A stretch of DNA of 64,000 bases from an uncultured Bacteroidales bacterium (GTDB lineage: Bacteria > Bacteroidota > Bacteroidia > Bacteroidales > P3): contig CAMIVE010000001.1 of NCBI GenBank assembly GCA_946401725.1, positions 72,724 through 136,723 of the forward strand, read 5' to 3'. The notes beneath the pieces are model-generated. The model had not been told where the DNA came from. It saw nothing but the letters and a program-made list of their open reading frames with translations, and searched no databases. The translations under genes were made by a program, and so were the position numbers. Below are positions 26,990-35,048 of the stretch, piece by piece. How positions within the stretch are numbered: the first letter of the stretch is position 1; every line of letters begins with the position of its first letter.

Positions 26990-28333
26990 TTACCCTACAA
27001 TTCCGGCGACAAGGACCGTCAACAGGGCCAACGGCGCCACAAAACGCGCCAGAAAATAATAAAACACCTTGAAGTAACCCACTTTCAGCGTGCCATGGTT
27101 GGAGAGTTCGTCGAGGATATCCTCCTTTTTCATGAACCAGCCGAAGAAAAGGATGGTGAGGAAGGCGCAGATGGGCGGCAGATAAGCGCCTGTCAACTTG
27201 TCAAGGAAGTCGAACAGGTGCAGGTCGCACAGCTTCCCGTCGCCAAACGAGAGCGACGCCAGTGCAGCCAGCACGACCACACTCAACGATATCAGAAGAG
27301 CCGACACGACACGTTTCATGCCGCGCTCGTTGAGCCATGCCGTCAATGCTTCAAGCAGCGAAATGGCGGAAGTCAATGCCGCCAGTGTCAGCAGCAGGAA
27401 GAAGACAATGGAGACAATATGTCCGATTCCGCCAAGCGAATTGAACACAACAGGCAGCACCTGGTATACCAGTCCGGGACCTTCGGTGGGAGTCTGTCCA
27501 CAGGCGAAAACCGCCGGGAAGATGGCCACACCAGACAGCACAGCGATAAAAAAATCGCAAACGGTAATCCACATAGAGGATTTCAGGATATTGTCGTCGA
27601 CAGGGAGATACGAACCGTAGACAATCATCACACCCATGCCCACCGAAAGCGAGAACAGCGCCTGTCCTAAAGCGGCCAGGATGCCTTCGCCCGTCAATTT
27701 GGTGAAATCGGGCTGGAACAGGTAGGCGATGCCCGCTGAAGCCCCCTCAAGGGTCACCGAGCGAATGCAAAGCAGCACCAGCAACACAACAAGGAAAGGC
27801 ATCAACAGTTTGGAGACGCGCTCGATGCCCTTATCCACACCGGCGATCACCACCAGTGCCGTACAGGCGAGAAACAACGCAATAAATACAATGGGTCGTA
27901 CAGGCGAAGAGGCAAAATGGTTGAAGTGTGCCTCGAAGCCTGTATTGGAAACACTGGCCAATGTGCCGGTGACCGACTCCCAGAAATAGTTGAGCGTCCA
28001 ACCCGAGATAACCAGATAGATGGCAAGAATCAGAAAACTTGTCAGCAACCCCAAGATGCCAACCCATCGCCATTGCGGCCGCTGGGGACGCAAGGCACTG
28101 TAAGCTGTAGCCGGTGTCATACGGGTGCGACGACCAATAACAAACTCACTCATCATCAGCACCATGCCAATGAAGAAAACGAAAAAGACATAGACCAATA
28201 AGAAAGCTCCTCCGCCATATTTTCCGCAAATGTAGGGGAAACGCCAGATATTGCCTAATCCTACGGCAGAACCCGCCGCCGCCATAATGGCACCGAAAGA
28301 ACTGTTGAAACCGCTTTTAGAGTTTGTTGTCAT
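26990..28333 (-). CDS. Sodium-dependent transporter, SNF (neurotransmitter:sodium symporter) family
   Basis: Signature GLGNIWRFPY and about 11-12 TM helices. Confidence 0.85.
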   Translation of the reverse strand: MTTNSKSGFNSSFGAIMAAAGSAVGLGNIWRFPYICGKYGGGAFLLVYVFFVFFIGMVLMMSEFVIGRRTRMTPATAYSALRPQRPQWRWVGILGLLTSFLILAIYLVISGWTLNYFWESVTGTLASVSNTGFEAHFNHFASSPVRPIVFIALFLACTALVVIAGVDKGIERVSKLLMPFLVVLLVLLCIRSVTLEGASAGIAYLFQPDFTKLTGEGILAALGQALFSLSVGMGVMIVYGSYLPVDDNILKSSMWITVCDFFIAVLSGVAIFPAVFACGQTPTEGPGLVYQVLPVVFNSLGGIGHIVSIVFFLLLTLAALTSAISLLEALTAWLNERGMKRVVSALLISLSVVVLAALASLSFGDGKLCDLHLFDFLDKLTGAYLPPICAFLTILFFGWFMKKEDILDELSNHGTLKVGYFKVFYYFLARFVAPLALLTVLVAGIVG

Positions 28334-28386
28334 GATTCAAAAATATAGATTTTGTTCATAAGGTTTGTTTACTTCAATGGAAAAAA

Positions 28387-28995
28387 TCACGATTGGCATT
28401 GTTCAGGATTCTGCAGCACAAAGTCGGCCCAGGCTTTGCGTGAAGACTGCCGTCGTTTCTTTTTTGCAGGTGACAGTTGTTGCCGCACATCGGCCAACGG
28501 ATGGGAACGTTCCATAAAGCAGGTGTAAGCCACTGCCAGCGAGTCAGTAGCATCGAGGTAATGCGGTTCGTTGGGAAATTCCATCTGGGATCGCAACATC
28601 ATCGCCACCTGTTCCTTGCTGGCGTTCCCGTTGCCCGTGACGGTCTGCTTGATGGTGGCAGGCTCGTATTCCGAGAAACTGAGGTCTCGACTCATGGCCG
28701 CAGCGATGGCCACCCCTTGGGCACGACCCAGCTTGAGCATCGACTGCACATTTTTACCGAAAAAAGGCGCCTCGATAGCCAGGTGGTCAGGATGGAACGT
28801 GTCAATAATGCGCAGCGTGGTGTCGAAAATCTTACGGATTCTCAAGTTGAAGTCTGCAATCTTTTTGAGGTAGAGCACATCCATCACCAAGACACGGGGA
28901 CTCCGGTCTACAATCTCCAACAGACTGTATCCCAATATCTGCGTACCTGGGTCTATACCCAGAATAATCTTTTCTATGTGTTGGTTGTCGTCCAA
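28387..28995 (-). CDS. ruvC: Crossover junction endodeoxyribonuclease RuvC
   Basis: ILGIDPGTQILGYSLLE at the N-terminus, conserved acidic residues, and a basic C-terminal tail extension. Confidence 0.85.
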   Translation of the reverse strand: MDDNQHIEKIILGIDPGTQILGYSLLEIVDRSPRVLVMDVLYLKKIADFNLRIRKIFDTTLRIIDTFHPDHLAIEAPFFGKNVQSMLKLGRAQGVAIAAAMSRDLSFSEYEPATIKQTVTGNGNASKEQVAMMLRSQMEFPNEPHYLDATDSLAVAYTCFMERSHPLADVRQQLSPAKKKRRQSSRKAWADFVLQNPEQCQS

Positions 28996-29078
28996 TGCTA
29001 CCTGTCAAAAAACGCTGCAAATATACGATTTATTTTTGATTCACACCCACCACCATCTTTCAAATCAGAAAAAAAACA

Positions 29079-29086
29079 TATATTTG
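29079..29086 (+). promoter_or_regulatory. Candidate -7 box TATATTTG upstream of the BKACE gene
   Basis: Matches TAnnTTTG 78 nt upstream of the ATG at 29164. A mirrored TATATTTG lies on the minus strand at 29025-29018, ahead of ruvC. Confidence 0.4.
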
Positions 29087-29163
29087 CAGTTTGAATCCAT
29101 TGCACGGATAATTAAATAAATATTTGAATTTAAAATAATTAATAATATAATAAAGCAATAACT

Positions 29164-29991
29164 ATGGACAAACTGATTATCACCGCCGCTATCTGTGGCG
29201 CAGAAGTAACCAAGGAGCAGAACCCCAATGTTCCCTATACCGTGGAAGAAATCGTTCGTGAAGCCAAATCGGCTGTCGATGCCGGCGCCGCCATCGTCCA
29301 CCTGCATGTACGTGAAGACGACGGTACCCCCACCCAGAGCCATGTCCGCTTCCAGGAGTGCACCGAGGCCATCCTCAAGGCATGCCCCAACGTCATCCTC
29401 ATTCCCTCCACCGGCGGTGCCGTGGGCATGACGCCCGACGAGCGTCTGGATTCAACCAACACCACCCCCATTCCCGAAATGGCCACCCTCGACTGCGGTA
29501 CCTGCAATTTCGGCGATGAAATCTTCGACAACACGATGCCTACCATGCGTGCTTTCGGCAAACGCATGATTGAGAAAGGCATCAAACCCGAATACGAATG
29601 CTTTGAGATGGGTCACCTCGACACCATCCTCACTATGGCTCGCAAAGGCGAGGTACCCGGCAACCCGATGCAATTTAACTTCGTCCTCGGCGTGCCTGGC
29701 TGTACCCCCGCCACCGTCGACAACCTCTGCTGGTTGGTGAAGAACATCCCCGCCGGCAGCACCTGGACTGCCACCGGCATCGGCCGCCACGCCTTCACGC
29801 TGGCTGCCCCCGCCATCGTCATGGGCGGCAACGTGCGTGTCGGTTTCGAGGACAACCTCTACCTGGAACGTGGCGTGCTGGCCAAGAGCAACGGCGAACT
29901 GGTCGACAAAGTAGTCCGCATGGCCAAACTGCTGGGCCGCCAAGTAGCCACCAGCGACGAGGCTCGTGAAATCCTGAGCCTGAAGAAGTAA
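29164..29991 (+). CDS. 3-keto-5-aminohexanoate cleavage enzyme family (BKACE/DUF849) protein
   Basis: 275 aa. N-terminal LIITAAICGAEVTKEQNPNVPYTVEEI...AGAAIVHLHVR is typical of BKACE TIM-barrel enzymes. Confidence 0.75.
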   Translation: MDKLIITAAICGAEVTKEQNPNVPYTVEEIVREAKSAVDAGAAIVHLHVREDDGTPTQSHVRFQECTEAILKACPNVILIPSTGGAVGMTPDERLDSTNTTPIPEMATLDCGTCNFGDEIFDNTMPTMRAFGKRMIEKGIKPEYECFEMGHLDTILTMARKGEVPGNPMQFNFVLGVPGCTPATVDNLCWLVKNIPAGSTWTATGIGRHAFTLAAPAIVMGGNVRVGFEDNLYLERGVLAKSNGELVDKVVRMAKLLGRQVATSDEAREILSLKK

Positions 29992-30023
29992 TTTTGAATT
30001 TAAAATTTTGAATTAAGAAAATA

Positions 30024-32087
30024 ATGAAGAAGATTTTTGTTCTTGCCATCGGTCTCCTTTTCTTGGGAACGGCTATGGCGCAGATTGAACCTGTCAACAA
30101 AGAGATGCGTCTGAGATCGATACTTCAGACCTTCCATCAGCGCGACATATCGCAGAAACAACTCAACCCCAACTACCCCGTTGCCACCGCCCCGAAGGAC
30201 GGTCCCAGTTCTAAAGGGCTGAATCTGCCGGCCAACAACTGGTTCCCCGGCGAATGGGAAGAGGTGAAAGCCATCACAGTGACCTGCTACTATGAATATC
30301 TGGTTCCCGGTCACGAAAACGACGGCTACTGGTATGCCGACCCCATTGTGAACGGCTATGCCGAATACTACCATTACAATAACGGCTGGCAGCAAAGCGG
30401 CGGCGGTCCCTATGTGGCCAAACCCGCCACCAACGCAGCGGAATACGGCGATTTTGTCAACGTGTTCTTCTATCTGATGGATGCCATCCAGATGGGTGAC
30501 GCCGAAGCATGGGTACGTATCGAAAACGCTGAAGACAGCATCACCATCAAGAACAAGCTGACCAGCATGAACCTGCGCACCAACAAACTGAAATGGATTA
30601 TCGGACCGGGCAACTCGTTCTGGTTCCGCGACTGCGGTCCCATCGCCTTCTATTATGGCGATCAGGACAGTGTCGGCATGGTTGACTTCGGCTACTACGC
30701 CGGACGCGCCCTCGACGACTCGCTGCCCACGCTGATCGAACAGCAGATGGGCCTCCCCAACTACATCACCATGGTGAAATGGGAAGGCGGCAACTGCGTT
30801 GTCGACGGTGCCGGCATGGTACTGAGCAGCGACGCTATCTATAGCGGAAATACCAGCACCTACGGACAGTACACCTGGGACGGCTCCAACCCCAGCAGTA
30901 TCCGTCTGACCTCCAAGCCTTCGCTCTCGCACCAGCAGGTAAAGGATTCGCTGGAATACATTATGGGTCCGCGCGGATGCCATATCATTCCTGCATTCCA
31001 ATACGACGGTGGCACGGGCCATGTGGATCTCTACTGCGAATTGGTTGACGAAAACGAGTTCGTCTTCTCCAAATTCCCCAATCACTACAGCAGCTGGGTC
31101 GACTACAAGACAGCAGCCAAGAATATCGACTCGCTCTGCAGCTACACCAGCGTCTTTGGCAACAATTTCAAACGCCACTTCATTCCCTTCCCCTGCACCA
31201 ACGCTGGCGGATACTTCAGCAGCCAGACTTCCTACAACAACAACTTCACCCGCACCTACAGCAACCACACCTTCATCAACAATGTGATTGCCCAGCCTTG
31301 CTTCTCGGCCGTTGTCGACGGAGAGCCGAGTGCTGAATGGGACCGTCTGCGCATCGATTCCATCAGAGCAGCCTATCCCGGCTACACCATCTACCCCATC
31401 GACGTGCGCAGCTTTGACGGCAGCGGCGGCGCCATCCACTGCATCACCAAGCAGATTCCCGCCGACAACCCCGTCCGCATTCTGCATCCCTCCATCACCG
31501 GCAACACCGAGAACACCTACAGCAACAACGATGCGCCCATCACAGCCACCATCACCAACAAGAGTGGCATCGAGAGCGCCAAGGTGGTGTACCGTGTCAA
31601 CGGCGGCCAGTGGAACGAGGTATCTCTGACCGCAGGCAGCAACAACGCTTTCAACGCCAGCATCCCCACCTCCACCATGACTGCCACCGGCGAGGGTTAC
31701 ACGACGGTTGAATACTACATCAGCGCCACCAGCAACAACGGCAAGACCATCACCAAGCCGATGACGGCCGCACAGGGCGGTTACTACACCTTCTACCTGG
31801 GTCACAACCCCGCTGCCGGCATCGACGCTGCCGACGACCAGACCTTCGGACAGTTCTATCCCAACCCTGCCACCGACCACGCCAGCATCGCGCTCAGCCT
31901 GAACGGCGACGAACAGTATGAGGTCCTTGTCATCGACGCAATGGGTCGTATCGCCCACCGCTCGACACTCAACGCCAGCGGCGACATCGTGTACAACATC
32001 AACACCGCCAAATTCAACAGCGGCATGTACCTCGTTGTTTTCCAAAGCAAAGACAACCGCATCGTGCGTCGCATTGTCGTGAAGTAA
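30024..32087 (+). CDS. Agmatine deiminase / Porphyromonas-type peptidylarginine deiminase family protein with Ig-like domains and a T9SS C-terminal sorting domain
   Basis: PGEWEE near the N-terminus of the catalytic domain and a catalytic-Cys block GGAIHCITKQIP. A C-terminal FYPNPATDHASIAL...GMYLVVFQSKDNRIVRRIVVK forms a T9SS CTD. Confidence 0.75.
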   Translation: MKKIFVLAIGLLFLGTAMAQIEPVNKEMRLRSILQTFHQRDISQKQLNPNYPVATAPKDGPSSKGLNLPANNWFPGEWEEVKAITVTCYYEYLVPGHENDGYWYADPIVNGYAEYYHYNNGWQQSGGGPYVAKPATNAAEYGDFVNVFFYLMDAIQMGDAEAWVRIENAEDSITIKNKLTSMNLRTNKLKWIIGPGNSFWFRDCGPIAFYYGDQDSVGMVDFGYYAGRALDDSLPTLIEQQMGLPNYITMVKWEGGNCVVDGAGMVLSSDAIYSGNTSTYGQYTWDGSNPSSIRLTSKPSLSHQQVKDSLEYIMGPRGCHIIPAFQYDGGTGHVDLYCELVDENEFVFSKFPNHYSSWVDYKTAAKNIDSLCSYTSVFGNNFKRHFIPFPCTNAGGYFSSQTSYNNNFTRTYSNHTFINNVIAQPCFSAVVDGEPSAEWDRLRIDSIRAAYPGYTIYPIDVRSFDGSGGAIHCITKQIPADNPVRILHPSITGNTENTYSNNDAPITATITNKSGIESAKVVYRVNGGQWNEVSLTAGSNNAFNASIPTSTMTATGEGYTTVEYYISATSNNGKTITKPMTAAQGGYYTFYLGHNPAAGIDAADDQTFGQFYPNPATDHASIALSLNGDEQYEVLVIDAMGRIAHRSTLNASGDIVYNINTAKFNSGMYLVVFQSKDNRIVRRIVVK

Positions 32088-32701
32088 TGGACTTTATCGA
32101 TTTTCACACACACAGACCGACTGCGGAGGGTGTCATCACCCCCCGCAGTTTTGGTATTCATCCATGGGATGTCGACAATGAAGCGGCTGACAGCTATGAG
32201 TTTTTTGAGAAACAGTACAACACACTGTTTGAATCGGCCGACCTTGTCGGAGAATGCGGACTGGACAAGGTGTGCAGCAGCGACTGGAATCGGCAGATGC
32301 AGCTTTTCGAATGGCAATTGAGGATTGCCCGGCAAATGGAGAAGCCTGTAGTGATACACTGTGTTCGCGCATTCAACGAACTGGTACAGCTTCGGAAAAG
32401 ATATGGCGACGGTCTGTGGGTGGTGCATGGTTTTATCGGGACAGTGGAGCAGGCCCGGCAGTTATTCCGTGTCGGCATCTGGACCTCTTATGGGGCGGCA
32501 CTGCTTGACCCCAGGCGGACAAAAGTACGCGACTGCCTGAGAGATAACCCCCACCCTTTCCTGTTGGAGACCGACGACAGCGAAGCGGACATCCGAGCCA
32601 TCTACGCCGAAGCGGCATCCATCAAAAAAAAGGCGCTTGCAGAATTGAAAGAGACAATAAAAAACGACTACACCACGTTACTGCAACATAACCGACGTTA
32701 A
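32087..32701 (+). CDS. TatD-family metal-dependent hydrolase
   Basis: MDFIDFHTH start, GECGLD and HCVRAF blocks. The ATG overlaps the upstream TAA (TAATG). Confidence 0.7.
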   Translation: MDFIDFHTHRPTAEGVITPRSFGIHPWDVDNEAADSYEFFEKQYNTLFESADLVGECGLDKVCSSDWNRQMQLFEWQLRIARQMEKPVVIHCVRAFNELVQLRKRYGDGLWVVHGFIGTVEQARQLFRVGIWTSYGAALLDPRRTKVRDCLRDNPHPFLLETDDSEADIRAIYAEAASIKKKALAELKETIKNDYTTLLQHNRR

Positions 32702-32712
32702 GCCATCCGCAC

Positions 32713-33501
32713 ATGAACCAGATATCAGGCATCATCACCACCCTCAACGAGGAGTCCAACATCAGCGACGCCATCGCATCGCTGAAGCAGGTGTGCGACG
32801 AGGTCATCGTGGTCGACTCGCTCAGCAGCGACCGTACCGTCGAACTGGCCGAGGCTGCGGGAGCCCGTGTGATAATCCAGGCCTATCTGGGCGACGGCAT
32901 CCAGAAGAATGTGGCTCTGGACTACGTGAAGAACCGCTGGGTGCTGAGTCTCGATGCCGACGAGCGGCTGACCGACGAAGCGGTGGCATTCATCCGCGAC
33001 ACCGATTTGGATGCCGCCGGATTTGACGGCTATGCTTTCCGCCGGCGCAACTACATCGGCAGCCGTTGGGTGCGTTGCTGCGGCTGGTATCCCGACTGGC
33101 TGGTGCGGCTGTTTCGCCACGACCGGCTGCGTTTCCGCGAGACCAAGCAGCATTCCGGCATACCCGAGACCAACACCCGCCGCGTGAAAGTCGACCTGCT
33201 GCACTACAGCTACCGCTGTACGGGCGACCTCTTTGCCAAACCGGGACGCAATTTCAGCACCCGCAGCGCCAAGGTGCTTTACCTCAGCGGCAAGAAGGTA
33301 CGTCCATGGACCCCGTTCCTGCACGGCACAGGGGCGTTCTTGAGCAACTATTTCCTGAAAGGAGGCCTGTTGGGCGGTGTCGACGGATTCAGCCTCACCC
33401 TCTCCAAAGCCCTCAACAGCTATCTGAAATACGCCAAAGTGCTGGAATGGCAACGCGACGAGAAAGTGCGTAAGGAAGAGGATTTTGAGAAGATTTGGTA
33501 G
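32713..33501 (+). CDS. Family 2 glycosyltransferase
   Basis: ISGIITTLNEE...VVDSLSSDRT...LDADE (DxD) layout. Confidence 0.75.
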   Translation: MNQISGIITTLNEESNISDAIASLKQVCDEVIVVDSLSSDRTVELAEAAGARVIIQAYLGDGIQKNVALDYVKNRWVLSLDADERLTDEAVAFIRDTDLDAAGFDGYAFRRRNYIGSRWVRCCGWYPDWLVRLFRHDRLRFRETKQHSGIPETNTRRVKVDLLHYSYRCTGDLFAKPGRNFSTRSAKVLYLSGKKVRPWTPFLHGTGAFLSNYFLKGGLLGGVDGFSLTLSKALNSYLKYAKVLEWQRDEKVRKEEDFEKIW

Positions 33502-33556
33502 TACAATTGAAAAAAGATAATGAAAATGCCCACGGAGACGTGGGCGTACCGGCGAT

Positions 33557-34684
33557 ATGACCATTGGATTTGATGCAAAACGGGCTTTTCAGAACCGCAC
33601 CGGCTTAGGCAACTACAGCCGCATGGTTATCACCGCGCTTGCCACACAGCATCCCGAGGTCGACATCGTGCTTTTCACTCCCCGTCGCGAAGGGGATTTC
33701 GCCAATCATTTTGACTCTTTCCCGCAGGTTCGTATTGTCGAGCCCAACGGTTTATGGCGACTGATGCCATCCCTGTGGCGCACCCTGGCACTGGGTAGTG
33801 CCTGCCGATGCAACAACGTGGAGCTCTTCCATGGACTCAGTCATGAGCTCCCGCTCTTTATGCCCAAGAAGATTCGGCAGGTGGTCACGATGCACGACCT
33901 TATCGCCTGGCGCTACCCTCGTCAGTTCCATGCCGTGGACCGCATCATCTATCATCTCAAATTCCGCCATGCCTGCCGCCATGCCGACCGTGTTGTCGCC
34001 GTCAGCCAGCAGACCCGTCACGACCTCATCGAACGGCTTCATGTCCCTGAAGCAAAGATACAGGTAGTCTACCAATCGTGCGATCCCATCTTCTACCAGA
34101 CCGTCACCGATGCGCAATGCAACCAAGTGCGTCAACGCTACCAGCTACCCGAGCGCTACCTGATATGTATCGGCACCATCGAGCCACGCAAGAACCAAGT
34201 CGCCGCGGTACGTGCCCTGGCACTGCTCCCTGCCGACATCCATCTGGTCATTGTGGGACGTCGCACCGCATATTATGAAACCGTATTCCGTGCGGTCGAG
34301 GAATGCAACCTCCAGCAGCGCGTCCATTTCCTACGTGATGCCGCCTTTGCCGATTTTCCTGCACTTTACACCGCCGCCGAAGCCGCGCTTTATGTCTCAC
34401 TTTTCGAAGGGTTTGGCATCCCCGTGCTTGAAGCCCTCTGCTGCCAGACTCCTGTGGTGGCCGCCAACACCTCCTCGCTGCCCGAAGTAGGCGGCGATGC
34501 GGCCTGCTATGCCGACCCCAACAGTCCCAAGGATATTGCCGAACAGGTGAACAACCTATTGGAAAACGACACCCTGCGCAGCCAAATGCGTGAAGCCGCA
34601 GTGCGTCAGCGGGACAAATTCCTTCCTGAGCGTATCATTGCCGATTTGTACGCCATCTATAGTGGGCTTGCATATTCCACCTAG
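33557..34684 (+). CDS. Family 4 (GT-B, group 1) glycosyltransferase
   Basis: C-terminal EGFGIPVLEALCCQTPVVAANTSSLPEV, an E-x7-E type motif. Confidence 0.75.
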   Translation: MTIGFDAKRAFQNRTGLGNYSRMVITALATQHPEVDIVLFTPRREGDFANHFDSFPQVRIVEPNGLWRLMPSLWRTLALGSACRCNNVELFHGLSHELPLFMPKKIRQVVTMHDLIAWRYPRQFHAVDRIIYHLKFRHACRHADRVVAVSQQTRHDLIERLHVPEAKIQVVYQSCDPIFYQTVTDAQCNQVRQRYQLPERYLICIGTIEPRKNQVAAVRALALLPADIHLVIVGRRTAYYETVFRAVEECNLQQRVHFLRDAAFADFPALYTAAEAALYVSLFEGFGIPVLEALCCQTPVVAANTSSLPEVGGDAACYADPNSPKDIAEQVNNLLENDTLRSQMREAAVRQRDKFLPERIIADLYAIYSGLAYST

Positions 34685-34800
34685 ACATTACCCTGTTGCT
34701 CAATTTCTACAATACATCTACCTGTTTTCCAATAGACAAAAAGCAATTCTGTGATTACTGCAAGTGCAACATTCTCTCTTGCTTTCTCCCACACATCTGC

Positions 34801-34826
34801 AATAAGTGAGACAAGTTTCACTTATT
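34801..34826. other. Perfect 9-bp inverted repeat (AATAAGTGA-N8-TCACTTATT) in the left non-coding arm of the islet
   Basis: Read directly from the sequence. No clear U-tract follows on either strand. Confidence 0.4.
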
Positions 34827-35048
34827 CCGAATCGTCAGCTTATTGAACGCTTGATATTGTAGAAGGTAAAACGTTATTCATTGTCTTCCCTTCAATGCTC
34901 ATATTTTCTATAATTATTGTTTCTTATTTGTTAAAAAACAGCACATTCTCACATTGTATCATTTGATATTTCAATGTTAATTATTAGTGCATGTTTCAAT
35001 GTTTATTTCGGGTGCAAAGATACATTTATTCCATCAGTCACAAACCCT

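Noticed and set aside
30000-32045. A 681-aa ORF on the minus strand, the longest 'extra' ORF in the window.
   Set aside because: It lies exactly antisense to the well-supported deiminase gene. Its translation is low-complexity G/V/A/D-rich with no recognisable motif or signal. Such stop-free antisense frames are expected opposite G+C-rich, codon-biased genes.
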